Below are positions 26,662-36,725 of a stretch of DNA of 64,000 nucleotides, piece by piece. Both the position numbers and the translations under genes were made by a program. Origin of the DNA: an uncultured Bacteroidota bacterium (GTDB lineage: Bacteria; Bacteroidota; Bacteroidia; Bacteroidales; VadinHA17). The stretch lies in NCBI GenBank assembly GCA_963843415.1, contig CAWJKD010000002.1:770400-834399 (forward strand), read 5' to 3'. The notes below the pieces were generated by a model. That model was not told the origin of the DNA and did no database searches. It saw only the letters and a program-made list of their open reading frames with translations. Numbering within the stretch: the first letter of the stretch is position 1; each line of letters begins with the position of its first letter.

Positions 26662-28073
26662 TTTATAACTTTTATTGGTGCCCTTACATTATCGAGAAAG
26701 AAATTGATCGAAATACCGGCCCTGCTCCATAGAGGACCAATTTTATAATAATCGGAATTCACATATTCAATGCCTGCATAAAAAATAAAATTATTCTTTA
26801 ACCATTTGAAAGATGCCGAAGGTATGATTTTAATCTTGTTGTCCGGTGCAATACCCGTACCTGTAAACTTGTTTCCAAAATAATAACCTGCAGATAATGA
26901 CGCAGTAACCGCTAAATTGCTTCTGAGCATATTATCTGTCAGCGCAAAATCCCTGAATACACCTGCATAAGCCAGGGAGCTTTTATCCAGATATTGGTAG
27001 AACACATCGTCGGATTGTTGAACCAGGATTTTTGTGCGCCATAACTTTGTATCAAATCCTGTTATCAGACCCATATTACCAAGAGGTTCTTTAAACGAGA
27101 AATTAAATCCGGAATAGAAATCTTTAAATGTGAACCTGGATGAAACAGAAACTGCAACCTGGTCAAATGAGCGTTTATAATTTCCTTTCAATCCGCTGTT
27201 GTTAAGAATATTCATTATTTCTTTTCTCCTGTATCTTGCAGCTATATGATAGGGATTGACAACCTTTCTTCCGGGATCTGTCCATTTGTCTCCTTTTTTC
27301 AGCAACATTTCTGCTGCAGTTTTCTGATCCGATTTGATTGTAAGGCTAAGAGCATCCCAGTCGTAGATATTTTTCTCATAAAGATCAACTCCCTCTTCAA
27401 GAAGCAGATTCATTAATAGGGTGTCACCATTCTGTGATGCTATAAGGAATGGAGTAAATCCGTTTCTGTCCCTGGCTTCCATGTTGGCTCCGTTCCTTAT
27501 AAGAAGATCCGCAACTTCAGCGTAACCTGCCCATATTGCAGCCATGAGAGGTGTAGTTCCGTCAAATGATTTTTTATTTACATCAGCTTCATAGTATAAC
27601 AGAAGATCTACTATTTCGGGATAGTTGTAAATTGAAGCATAATGAATTGCGGTTGCTCCAAAGAGATCCTGGAGATTGACATCAGCTCCGTTTCTTATCA
27701 GGGCTTCGGTAATAATAAAGTTCTCCCTTCTCACTGAAAGGAGAAGAGGAGAGTCACTTCTTGAGGTTCTCCAGTTAGGGTCTGCTCCATATTTAAGAAG
27801 AGTAAGCACAACATTATTATGGTTATTTGAAATGGCAAAAAGGAGAGGAGTGGCCCCTCCCTCAGTTTCAGCATTGACATCAGCTCCCTGAATGATCATC
27901 CTTTCAACCTCCCCGTCATAACCATCAGCTGCTGCAATCATAAGGTTATAATCGAGTGCTCCGTTATAAAAAAGAGGCAGATATCCAGAGGTATCAATTC
28001 CAATTTCCTGTCCGGAAAGCAGAACAGAAAGATTTAGAATGACAGTTATAAAAATTAAACGTCTGACTGACAT
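26652..28073 (-). CDS. ankyrin-repeat protein with signal peptide and beta-strand-rich C-terminal domain (putative outer-membrane barrel)
   Basis: About seven ANK repeats (G.TPL..A...G......LL..GA..N pattern). The last ~170 aa show alternating hydrophobicity and end in an aromatic residue (KWY). Confidence 0.8.
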   Translation of the reverse strand: MSVRRLIFITVILNLSVLLSGQEIGIDTSGYLPLFYNGALDYNLMIAAADGYDGEVERMIIQGADVNAETEGGATPLLFAISNNHNNVVLTLLKYGADPNWRTSRSDSPLLLSVRRENFIITEALIRNGADVNLQDLFGATAIHYASIYNYPEIVDLLLYYEADVNKKSFDGTTPLMAAIWAGYAEVADLLIRNGANMEARDRNGFTPFLIASQNGDTLLMNLLLEEGVDLYEKNIYDWDALSLTIKSDQKTAAEMLLKKGDKWTDPGRKVVNPYHIAARYRRKEIMNILNNSGLKGNYKRSFDQVAVSVSSRFTFKDFYSGFNFSFKEPLGNMGLITGFDTKLWRTKILVQQSDDVFYQYLDKSSLAYAGVFRDFALTDNMLRSNLAVTASLSAGYYFGNKFTGTGIAPDNKIKIIPSASFKWLKNNFIFYAGIEYVNSDYYKIGPLWSRAGISINFFLDNVRAPIKVIKWY

Positions 28074-28180
28074 GTTGTGATGCTACGTATATACAAAGTT
28101 AATTTTTTATTCTTTTTTTAAATAATAGACATAAAATAGTACAATATTTTTTTTATCATTATGTTAATTAATGTTATCGA

Positions 28181-29551
28181 ATGTACATATGTAAGGAATA
28201 CTTTTTATTTTTATCCCGGAGAAACAGAAACTATTTGTCAAGGTTAAAAAAAATATTGCTCGCATCACTTCTGATTTCAATTTTCAGCATTAATCCCGGA
28301 GCTGTTGAAAAGCGCTACGCGGTAGTGGATAAACTCCGGCCGGGTAATGTAAGACTTACCAACACTAATTCATCGGGAAGAGATTATTCAGCTGCTGAAA
28401 AAACAATCAGATCATTTATGCGGAAATGGTCAATAAGCGGTGCATCAGTGTCTGTCGCAATTGATGGGAAACTGCTTTATGCAAAAGGATTCGGTTATTC
28501 CGACACAATAAGCATGGAAGAGACGCAACCGTATCATAAATTCCGTGTTGCAAGTATTTCAAAGCTGGTCACCGCGGTCGCTGTAATGAAGCTCGTTGAA
28601 GAAGGACGATTATCAATGGACGATAAAGTTTTCGGGGAGCAAGGTATCCTTAACGATCCATATTTCAGCAATCCAAAGGATGAACGTGTTAATAATATTA
28701 CTGTTGCACATCTTTTAGCTCATGAAGGTGGCTGGAGCATGAGATGGGGTGATCAGATGTTTATGCCCCTGACTATAGCGGATAAGATGGGAGTGAAGCC
28801 TCCTGTTCCTACCCGGGCAATAATCAGATATGCTCTTGATAAAAGATTACATTTCACTCCCGGTACAGGCAAAGCATACTCAAATCTCGGATATAGCATA
28901 CTTGGACTTGTTGTGGAGAAAGCATCAGGAATGCCATACGAAGAGTTTTGTACAAAAGCTGTTCTTGAACCTCTCGGAATATACGATATGTCCCTGGCAC
29001 ATAATCTTCCGTCACAAAGAGCTCCTTTTGAAGTCTCATATTATGAGCCTCCCGACATAGTGCCTAAGCCTTCTATATATGGTACAGGTGAGTTGGTCTC
29101 ACCAAGTTATGGAGGCAATGATATTGAAGCTCTCGGTGGAGCCGGTGCCTGGCTTGCTACTTCACCCGATCTCCTTCGTCTGGCCCTTGCTATTGATGGG
29201 TTTGAAACACGTCAGGATATACTGAGCATGCAGACTATTGAATTCATGACTGATAACAGCAACGGATTAGCACCTATTGGATGGAAGACAACACTAAACA
29301 ACGGTACATGGTGGAGAACTGGTTCCTTTCCCGGTAGCGCTGGGATGGTCAAAAGAGAGTCGGGCGGGATTGTATGGGTTGTGCTTCTGAATTCGAGTGC
29401 CTGGAACGGACCTGAAATTCATTCATATATAAATAATATGATGGCAAGGGTTATTTCCCAGGTTAAGGAATGGCCTGATCATGACCTGTTTGAATACTCT
29501 CTTCCGGTACCGCTGAACACGAATCTCCCTGATTCATTATACGATCTTTAA
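28181..29551 (+). CDS. serine hydrolase, beta-lactamase (class C / PBP-like) family
   Basis: S-x-x-K motif (ASISK) and Y-x-N motif (YSNLGY). A hydrophobic N-terminal segment is present. The start codon is uncertain. Confidence 0.8.
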   Translation: MYICKEYFLFLSRRNRNYLSRLKKILLASLLISIFSINPGAVEKRYAVVDKLRPGNVRLTNTNSSGRDYSAAEKTIRSFMRKWSISGASVSVAIDGKLLYAKGFGYSDTISMEETQPYHKFRVASISKLVTAVAVMKLVEEGRLSMDDKVFGEQGILNDPYFSNPKDERVNNITVAHLLAHEGGWSMRWGDQMFMPLTIADKMGVKPPVPTRAIIRYALDKRLHFTPGTGKAYSNLGYSILGLVVEKASGMPYEEFCTKAVLEPLGIYDMSLAHNLPSQRAPFEVSYYEPPDIVPKPSIYGTGELVSPSYGGNDIEALGGAGAWLATSPDLLRLALAIDGFETRQDILSMQTIEFMTDNSNGLAPIGWKTTLNNGTWWRTGSFPGSAGMVKRESGGIVWVVLLNSSAWNGPEIHSYINNMMARVISQVKEWPDHDLFEYSLPVPLNTNLPDSLYDL

Positions 29552-29554
29552 GTA

Positions 29555-30280
29555 ATGTGCTTTTCGGTAAATGTAAATCTTGTCAAGGAAGAGCTTGAGG
29601 AGAGATATGGGATAGACTTCCCGGATAAATACCGCTATGAACCAAGTTATTATTATCATGCTTTCGGACTGCCTGAAATACCTGCAATATGTTCTGATAA
29701 TCCGGGGTCAGTTCGCCTCCTGAAATGGGGCTTGATTCCCTCATGGGTAAAATCTGACGAAGATGCCGATGAGATAAGGACAAAAACATTTAACGCAAGA
29801 GCAGAGAGTATTGAGACAAAACCATCATTTTCATCTTCGTTGAGATCCAGGAGATGCATTATTCCGGTCAAAGGATTCTATGAATGGCAACATGTGGGCA
29901 GGATCAAAATCCCCTGGTATATCTATGTTCCTGATAATGAGATCTTTTCTATTGCAGGTTTGTACAGCGAATGGTTGCACAGCAGTACCGGTAATGTATT
30001 GAGCACCTTTTCGATAATTACAACTGAAGCAAATGAACTTATGTCCGATGTACATAACTCAAAGAAAAGAATGCCGGCTATCCTCACCAGAGATCTGGAA
30101 AGTAAATGGATCGATCTTTCAATAACTCCACCGGAAGCTTTAACATTATTGAAACCATGCCCTTCAGATTATCTTAAGGCCCATACAATCAGTCCTTTAG
30201 TTAATGACAGGTATACAAACAGGAATACTCCTGAGATCATAAAAGAATATATCTGGAACAAACCCGACACCCTGTTTTAA
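29555..30280 (+). CDS. SOS response-associated peptidase (SRAP/YedK family, abasic-site processing)
   Basis: Begins MCFS (catalytic Cys2). Contains FNARAESI and the PV.GFYEW block. Confidence 0.85.
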   Translation: MCFSVNVNLVKEELEERYGIDFPDKYRYEPSYYYHAFGLPEIPAICSDNPGSVRLLKWGLIPSWVKSDEDADEIRTKTFNARAESIETKPSFSSSLRSRRCIIPVKGFYEWQHVGRIKIPWYIYVPDNEIFSIAGLYSEWLHSSTGNVLSTFSIITTEANELMSDVHNSKKRMPAILTRDLESKWIDLSITPPEALTLLKPCPSDYLKAHTISPLVNDRYTNRNTPEIIKEYIWNKPDTLF

Positions 30281-30294
30281 AGAGACGCTCTAAA

Positions 30295-31035
30295 TTACTG
30301 GGCTACAAAGTGGTAGGTCAGAGTCCCGGTTTGTATTTTCGGTGAATCCGCATCAGGATTAAACCGTGAGATCAGGGCACTTGAAACAGCAGTCTCATCG
30401 AGACACGGATCAACGGCTGTGCTCTCTGATGCAATTATCCTTGCCTCCTCGACAATCCCTTTCTGATTTACACTGATCAGAAGTACAACCTTTCCTGAAC
30501 CCGGGCACTTATAAATCGGAATAGGAAGATAAGTATGATTACGTCCTGCAAGTTCATAATAAATTCGGGTTGGCCCTTTATAATTGGCAGCCATCTCCTG
30601 AGACTCTTTCGCCTTCTCTTCTGTTTTGTCTGACTCATCAAGTGAGAGCCCTTCATCAGTTTCGGAGTCCTTCAGTTTTTTTTGTTCATCGATATAATTT
30701 TCAGGACCAAGCAACCCGCTTTTAATAAGTTCCTCTTTCACTTTATCGATGTAATCAGCAGGGTCTATCTTTTCATCTGGTTTGTTAGCAAGATTCCTGG
30801 CAATATTCAACATCTCTTCATCACCCTGAAATATCCGTTCAAGATTTGATGCCGGCAGTTTAATAAGCTTTTCCGTTTCTTCAGGTTCGCTGATCTCGAC
30901 AAATTCAATCGTAAATTCTTCTTTAATATCTAAACTTAGCGACCTTAATTGAAAAGACATAAAAATAATTGCAGCAGTAAGGTGTAGAATTATTGCACCA
31001 AGGATCCCGACCAACCTGCCTTCATATTTTTTCAT
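30295..31035 (-). CDS. TonB-family energy transducer-like protein
   Basis: N-terminal TM anchor, an acidic/Lys-rich linker, and a C-terminal TonB-C-like block (GKVVLLISVNQKGIVEEARI). Confidence 0.6.
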   Translation of the reverse strand: MKKYEGRLVGILGAIILHLTAAIIFMSFQLRSLSLDIKEEFTIEFVEISEPEETEKLIKLPASNLERIFQGDEEMLNIARNLANKPDEKIDPADYIDKVKEELIKSGLLGPENYIDEQKKLKDSETDEGLSLDESDKTEEKAKESQEMAANYKGPTRIYYELAGRNHTYLPIPIYKCPGSGKVVLLISVNQKGIVEEARIIASESTAVDPCLDETAVSSALISRFNPDADSPKIQTGTLTYHFVAQ

Positions 31036-31052
31036 GCATAAGTAATATTGAA

Positions 31053-31754
31053 TTATTTCTTTGCACTTTTTTTCTTCTTTTTAATGACTTTTGCGGGTTC
31101 AGGTTTTTTGAAGGTCTTATTTCTGAATAAACCATTTCTTACTTCATGAATGAATTTTGACCATGCCATGGGATTCAGAAGGTTATTCACCGGATATTGA
31201 TTCCGAGTTGCCATTGATGAGAAATTGCGTTCCATATCATACCTGAAACCTGCTTCTGGTGAGACATTTACGTTAGTCTGATTTGATATCGCAACATAAA
31301 TGGATGCAAGATTCTCATTCATATTTTCAATAATAGGATCAACCGGCTGTTCCTTGGTCATATCCCTGATGAAATCATTGTAGGTCTTCCAGGGAAGTAT
31401 TGTAACATCATCGATCGAAATTGTGTCAACTTCGAGTATAATATCTACCATGCAGTATCTGTCTTCGTATGATTCGGGAATTATGGTGTGATACCTCTTA
31501 AATCCAAGTGCCCTGTAGAAAATTGTATCACCCGGTGTACTTGTGATGGAATATATACCTGACCTTTCGCTAATACTGCCTCTGCGAAGTTTTTTAGAGA
31601 CGATTACTACTCCCTGGACCGGCCTGTATAGCACATCGGTAATTATTCCGTTTACCTGTACAAATCTTTCAGGTTTTTCAGGCCTGGTTGTCTGACTTTT
31701 TCCAGGGAACAAAGTAATTATGCATAGTATAGCTGTAAATAAAAACCTGTTCAA
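31053..31754 (-). CDS. carboxypeptidase-regulatory-like domain protein
   Basis: Signal peptide and a CarboxypepD_reg-like beta-sandwich start (VNGIITDVLYRPVQGVVIV...SGIYSI). The C-terminus is Lys-rich. Confidence 0.55.
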   Translation of the reverse strand: MNRFLFTAILCIITLFPGKSQTTRPEKPERFVQVNGIITDVLYRPVQGVVIVSKKLRRGSISERSGIYSITSTPGDTIFYRALGFKRYHTIIPESYEDRYCMVDIILEVDTISIDDVTILPWKTYNDFIRDMTKEQPVDPIIENMNENLASIYVAISNQTNVNVSPEAGFRYDMERNFSSMATRNQYPVNNLLNPMAWSKFIHEVRNGLFRNKTFKKPEPAKVIKKKKKSAKK

Positions 31755-31883
31755 TTGTGAGAGTTAATCTATTAAACGTAACTTAAAGCGTTTGCGTTTG
31801 CAAAGTAAACATTATTGAGCATAACGTTAAACTATTTAACTAAATTTTATAAATTCAAACTCCAGAAATAATATTCCGGTTCT

Positions 31884-33491
31884 ATGAAGAAATTTTTATT
31901 ATTGGGTGATGAAGCAATAGCGCAGGCCTCAATTGATGCCGGTTTGAGTGGAATGTATGCCTATCCCGGGACTCCATCCACTGAGATAATGGAGTACATT
32001 CAATCGTCAGACACTGCGAAGGAGAGAAACATCCATATGGAATGGTCATCAAATGAAAAGACTGCCATGGAAGCTGCATTGGGAATGTCATATGCAGGAA
32101 AAAGGGCTATGGTAGCAATGAAGCATGTCGGACTAAATGTAGCTGCTGATAGTTTTATTAACTCTGCGATAACCGGAGTAAACGGTGGTCTGATTGTTGT
32201 CTCTGCTGATGATCCTTCAATGCATTCTTCTCAGAATGAGCAGGATTCACGGTTCTACAGCAAATTCGCCTTTGTCCCCTGTTTTGAACCGTCCGATCAG
32301 CAGGAGGCATATGATATGGTCATAGATGCTTTTGAACTATCAGAAAAATACAAAGTACCTGTTCTGCTGCGTATAACAACACGTCTTGCCCATTCAAGAG
32401 CTGCTGTTAAACTCGTGAGAGAACCAGCTCCACAGAAAAAACTAAAGCTCCCTGAAGATCCCGTTCAGTTTGTGCTTCTTCCCGCTATGGCAAGAAAGAA
32501 ATACAGGGCTTTATTAAAAACATATGATTCAATACGTTATGATATCAGATTATCGAAGTACAATCATTTTAAAGATGATAAGAGACGAGATCTTGGGATC
32601 ATAACCTGTGGGATCGCTTATAACTATCTGATGGAGAATATTAATGATTCATCAGTCAGTTACCCTGTGCTTAAAATTACCACATATCCATTTCCGAAAG
32701 ATCTGATTATTGAAATAACAGAACGCTGTAAAGAGATTCTGATACTTGAGGAGGGATATCCTGTTGTTGAGGAAGGCATCAGGGGAATCCTGGATGCAGG
32801 GATCAAAATCCTCGGACGCCTTGACGGTACTGTTCCCCGCGATGGGGAACTTAACCCGGCGATTGTCGCTAAAGCTCTCGGTATGCCGGTAAGTAAGGGG
32901 ACTGATGTTCCTGAACTTGTTAAAACGAGACCTCCGTCATTCTGCAAAGGGTGTGGACATTCAGATACTTTTAACGCACTTATTGATGCCATAAAACCTT
33001 ATGGGAATGGAAGGGTTTTTTCAGATATAGGATGCTATACCCTGGCAGCGCTGCCTCCATATAGTACAATAAATTCCTGTGTCGATATGGGCGCCTCCGT
33101 TACGATGGCAATTGGTGCTGCAGATGCTGGTTTGTTCCCGTCAGTAGCTGTGATCGGGGATTCAACATTTACCCATTCCGGTATGACAGGATTACTTGAC
33201 GCAGTGAATAAGAATTCTCCCGTGACAATTATCATTTCCGATAATTCTACGACCGGTATGACCGGAGGACAGAAATCACAGGCAACGGGCCGGCTTGAGC
33301 AAATATGTACCGGAATAGGTGTCGAACCTGATCACCTGAGAATACTGGTTCCCTTACGTAAAAATCACGAAGAAAACGTACGTATTATGAAGGAAGAATT
33401 AGCATTCCGTGGTGTCTCTGTTATAATCTCAACACGAGAGTGCATTCAAACGGCAACCCGGCGAAAAAAATCTGAAGGACCCAGGGAATAA
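31884..33491 (+). CDS. iorA: indolepyruvate:ferredoxin oxidoreductase, alpha subunit
   Basis: N-terminus LLGDEAIAQASIDAGLSGMYAYPGTPSTEI, Cys motif CKGCGH, and a TPP-binding GDSTF block. Confidence 0.9.
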   Translation: MKKFLLLGDEAIAQASIDAGLSGMYAYPGTPSTEIMEYIQSSDTAKERNIHMEWSSNEKTAMEAALGMSYAGKRAMVAMKHVGLNVAADSFINSAITGVNGGLIVVSADDPSMHSSQNEQDSRFYSKFAFVPCFEPSDQQEAYDMVIDAFELSEKYKVPVLLRITTRLAHSRAAVKLVREPAPQKKLKLPEDPVQFVLLPAMARKKYRALLKTYDSIRYDIRLSKYNHFKDDKRRDLGIITCGIAYNYLMENINDSSVSYPVLKITTYPFPKDLIIEITERCKEILILEEGYPVVEEGIRGILDAGIKILGRLDGTVPRDGELNPAIVAKALGMPVSKGTDVPELVKTRPPSFCKGCGHSDTFNALIDAIKPYGNGRVFSDIGCYTLAALPPYSTINSCVDMGASVTMAIGAADAGLFPSVAVIGDSTFTHSGMTGLLDAVNKNSPVTIIISDNSTTGMTGGQKSQATGRLEQICTGIGVEPDHLRILVPLRKNHEENVRIMKEELAFRGVSVIISTRECIQTATRRKKSEGPRE

Positions 33492-33507
33492 TAATACTTT
33501 ATATGAT

Positions 33508-34083
33508 ATGAAGAATGATATTATATTATCAGGAGTGGGAGGGCAGGGGATCCTTTCCATTGCAGCTATAATAGGATTTGCTGCTGTTGAAAACAGCCTG
33601 TTCCTGAAACAATCTGAAGTACATGGGATGAGCCAGAGGGGAGGAGATGTCCAGTCTCATTTCAGGTTGTCAGACAAGCCGGTCTCATCCGACCTGATCC
33701 CACATGGGAAAGCCGACCTGATAATTTCTGTCGAGCCCATGGAATCACTCAGGCACCTGCCATGGCTTTCTGCGAAAGGATGGCTTGTAACAAACTCAGA
33801 GCCATTTAATAATATTCCGGATTATCCCCCTCTTGACGATCTGCTAACTGAAATAAGGAAAATTAAAAACAATATTATTATTGATGCCGATAAAATTGCA
33901 AAAGAAATCGGATCTGCAAGAGCTGGAAATATTGTTGTGCTTGGTGCTGCATCACCTTTTATAAGTATGCCATATAAAAGTCTGGAAAATGGTGTTCGAA
34001 AGCTCTTCGGCAAGAAGGGTGAGGAGATTGTGGAATTAAATCTGAAAGCGCTGAAAGCGGGACGTGATTTTTCTGGAAGATGA
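33508..34083 (+). CDS. iorB: indolepyruvate:ferredoxin oxidoreductase, beta subunit
   Basis: ILSGVGGQGIL start and SEVHGMSQRGG block. Lies directly after iorA. Confidence 0.85.
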   Translation: MKNDIILSGVGGQGILSIAAIIGFAAVENSLFLKQSEVHGMSQRGGDVQSHFRLSDKPVSSDLIPHGKADLIISVEPMESLRHLPWLSAKGWLVTNSEPFNNIPDYPPLDDLLTEIRKIKNNIIIDADKIAKEIGSARAGNIVVLGAASPFISMPYKSLENGVRKLFGKKGEEIVELNLKALKAGRDFSGR

Positions 34084-34104
34084 GCGTAGTTAAAAACTAC
34101 GCTC
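34082..34104. terminator. 10-bp perfect hairpin (gagcgtagtt aaa aactacgctc) between convergent iorB and ssb
   Basis: Read directly from the sequence. It overlaps the iorB stop codon. The stem core gcgtagt/actacgc recurs at 38070. Confidence 0.55.
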
Positions 34105-34136
34105 TCCTGAGGAAATGCAACGAATGTGACCCTATA

Positions 34137-34508
34137 TTATTCTTCTTCCTTGTCATTAACGGTGCCGTTTCCTTTGGCTGATCTCAGCAGAAGCAGGTCA
34201 TTCAGAACAATATCGGTGACATTTTTAGTTGATCCCTTCTTGTCCTCGTAGGTTCTGTAAACGATTCTCCCTTCAACAAAAACCTCATTACCTTTTTTCA
34301 GGAATCTGGAGGCAACTTCAGCAAGACCATTCCATGCCACAATGTTATGCCAGGTAGTTTCCTTTACTTTCTGACCTTCGGTATTTTTATAGTCCTCTTT
34401 TGTAGCAAGAGTGAAATGCACCACTTTTTTCCCGCTATCAAGAGTTTTCATTTCAGGATCCTGACCAAGATTCCCGACAAGCATTACTTTGTTCCTAAGT
34501 GCGTTCAT
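34137..34508 (-). CDS. ssb: single-stranded DNA-binding protein (short form, no canonical acidic-tip tail)
   Basis: OB-fold start NKVMLVGNLGQDPE and TTWHNIVAW block. The C-terminus ends ...NDKEEE rather than D-D-(I/L)-P-F. Confidence 0.8.
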   Translation of the reverse strand: MNALRNKVMLVGNLGQDPEMKTLDSGKKVVHFTLATKEDYKNTEGQKVKETTWHNIVAWNGLAEVASRFLKKGNEVFVEGRIVYRTYEDKKGSTKNVTDIVLNDLLLLRSAKGNGTVNDKEEE

Positions 34509-34673
34509 GATTTTAATTTTTTAGTGAGACATAAATTTAAATTCATGACAAACATACACCCTGTTGAAAACATGAATCGGTCATTAATCAATTATACCCG
34601 GCACATAATCAATTAATGTCATTTGTATCCGTTTAAAAACGTTTTTTTGTATCTTTATCAAAACTTTAGTGCT

Positions 34674-35039
34674 GTGGAAAAGAAATGTCTCGATTGCGGA
34701 GATCCCATTCGCGGTCGTACTGATAAGAAATTCTGTTCCGATCAGTGCAGGAACAATTATAACAACCGTCTTAACAGGGATACAAACAATTTTATCCGGA
34801 ATGTACACGGACTTCTTCGAAAGAACAGAAGGATCCTCGCTGACCTTTATAATGACGGAAGAAAGAAAGTACATAAAGATGCACTATTTGCGCTTGGTTA
34901 TAATTTCAGCTTCTTCACGCACATAATAGAATCATCCGGAGGCCGGAAGTTCCATTATTGCTTTGAGTATGGGTTTAGCGAAATTGAAAACGATTTTCTC
35001 GAGCTGAAAGAGAATAGTCAATATTTAGAATATCAATAA
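34674..35039 (+). CDS. hypothetical zinc-ribbon protein
   Basis: CLDCGDPIRGRTDKKFCSDQCRNNYNN (C-x2-C...C-x3-C). I suggest the GTG at 34674 as the start. The ORF track begins at 34623. Confidence 0.5.
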   Translation: MEKKCLDCGDPIRGRTDKKFCSDQCRNNYNNRLNRDTNNFIRNVHGLLRKNRRILADLYNDGRKKVHKDALFALGYNFSFFTHIIESSGGRKFHYCFEYGFSEIENDFLELKENSQYLEYQ

Positions 35040-35083
35040 TATAATTTATTGGCCTCCTGTTATATCAAATAATCGGGAAATGA

Positions 35084-36682
35084 CTACCAGGAGCTGTTTG
35101 CAAGCTCCCAAAGATTTGTGAAGCTGATCCGGATAATTTTTTCCATGATTTCCCAGTCAACCGTTCCGATATCATCGAGAGGCGTATGATATTCTTCTCT
35201 GTGCCCCGGTTTGAAACGCATTATCGGAATACCTGCTTCGGCAAATGTCCTGTGATCACTCCCTCCCGAAGGATCGTCCGACGGCTGATAATCAATCAGC
35301 AGGTCGATCCCGTACTTTTTGAGATTACTCTCGGTCATATCCCTGAATTGCCTGTAAGATTTGGTGTAAGTCATTACAACTCCTTTTTTATTGTCATCTG
35401 AAATATATCTTGAGATCATATCGAAGTTAAAGTTCAACCGTATGTTTTTGATTGGATATGACAAGTTCTTAACATAATAACGAGATCCCAATAATCCTTT
35501 TTCCTCTGCTGTCCAAAAAGCAAAAACGATACTTTTCTGAGGCTTTTTGCCTGTTGCCACAACGGCCTTTGCTAACATCAGGGCACCAACAACACCCGAA
35601 GCATTATCATCAGCGCCATTCCAGATATAGCCGTCTCGCATACCCACATGATCGTAATGTGCTCCTACAATAATTATATTGTCAGGATCTTCACCCTCAA
35701 TTATTCCAAGGACATTCCTTGCCGGCACCTGCGATATACTTACATCAGTTTTAAGGCTGACCGATTTAGATGTAAGCGATGGCATTGTCCATGGAATATT
35801 GTTATCAGCCTTTTTAAGGTATGCATCTATTATGATACCTGTTCCACTTAGTATTTCATCAGCCGCCTTAACTGAAATCTTAATCCTGGGAACGTTAGAG
35901 GATGTAATTGTTCCCGGCAATGAATACATGGGTATAAACCGTTCATTCTTTGAATTTCTTTCCGCGGGGGCAAGATCAATAAAGTCCCTGGCAGTCAGAT
36001 CTCCGGGAATTGATGCCGCTGGATTGAATTCAATTATCCCGGCTGCTCCGGTCTCTTTTATAAAGTTTTCAGATTTAATTACTGATTCATTTATTTCAGA
36101 GTTTGTCAGAAGTTTTTCTGCAAAGGCCGGATATCCGGTAATTTTCATAACAAATTTACCTTTCAGATCTGCCTTGTTGAAATCGTTGTACTTTATTTTA
36201 TCATTTTTGAATCCATAACCTACAAATACCACCGGAGCTTCAATTTCAACAGGCTGAGCAGGAGGATTCATATAGAAATCGACGTCAAAAATCAGATCAG
36301 CTGTTCTGACTGACCCTCCTTCCATGGTCTTTATCTTGAGAATCTGGTTATCTCCTGGTGATGTCTTCAATAGCATAAAATTCTGAAAATAAGATCTTTC
36401 GTGAGACTCTCTGTCTCCGTAACCAGGCACGAGTACAAAACTGCCAGCGGGTTTGACCCCATATAATTGGAGCATACTGGCAAGATAATCAGAAGCGATA
36501 TATGCTCCCTTTTCGCCGGTCTCTCTGCCCTCCATCCAGTCTGAGGCAAGAAAACCAAGCTGAGATCCGATAGCGTCAGTATTTATTGACTGCAGTCCTT
36601 TTTCGATAACGGATTCCTGTCCGTAATTTGAAGTACAAACCAGCAAGCTTATCAACAGGATAGAATATCGGCCATTTTTCAT
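35084..36682 (-). CDS. M28-family aminopeptidase with PA domain
   Basis: Signal peptide. Metal-ligand blocks GAHYDHVG, GADDNASG, FWTAEEKGLLGS and GGSDH. Confidence 0.85.
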   Translation of the reverse strand: MKNGRYSILLISLLVCTSNYGQESVIEKGLQSINTDAIGSQLGFLASDWMEGRETGEKGAYIASDYLASMLQLYGVKPAGSFVLVPGYGDRESHERSYFQNFMLLKTSPGDNQILKIKTMEGGSVRTADLIFDVDFYMNPPAQPVEIEAPVVFVGYGFKNDKIKYNDFNKADLKGKFVMKITGYPAFAEKLLTNSEINESVIKSENFIKETGAAGIIEFNPAASIPGDLTARDFIDLAPAERNSKNERFIPMYSLPGTITSSNVPRIKISVKAADEILSGTGIIIDAYLKKADNNIPWTMPSLTSKSVSLKTDVSISQVPARNVLGIIEGEDPDNIIIVGAHYDHVGMRDGYIWNGADDNASGVVGALMLAKAVVATGKKPQKSIVFAFWTAEEKGLLGSRYYVKNLSYPIKNIRLNFNFDMISRYISDDNKKGVVMTYTKSYRQFRDMTESNLKKYGIDLLIDYQPSDDPSGGSDHRTFAEAGIPIMRFKPGHREEYHTPLDDIGTVDWEIMEKIIRISFTNLWELANSSW

Positions 36683-36725
36683 TTGGGATAATTTTTATCT
36701 TTACGAAATTTAAATATATAAAATT

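Noticed and set aside
35679-36218. 179-aa plus-strand ORF
   Set aside because: It lies antisense to the well-supported M28 peptidase gene and has no recognisable motif. It is a shadow ORF.
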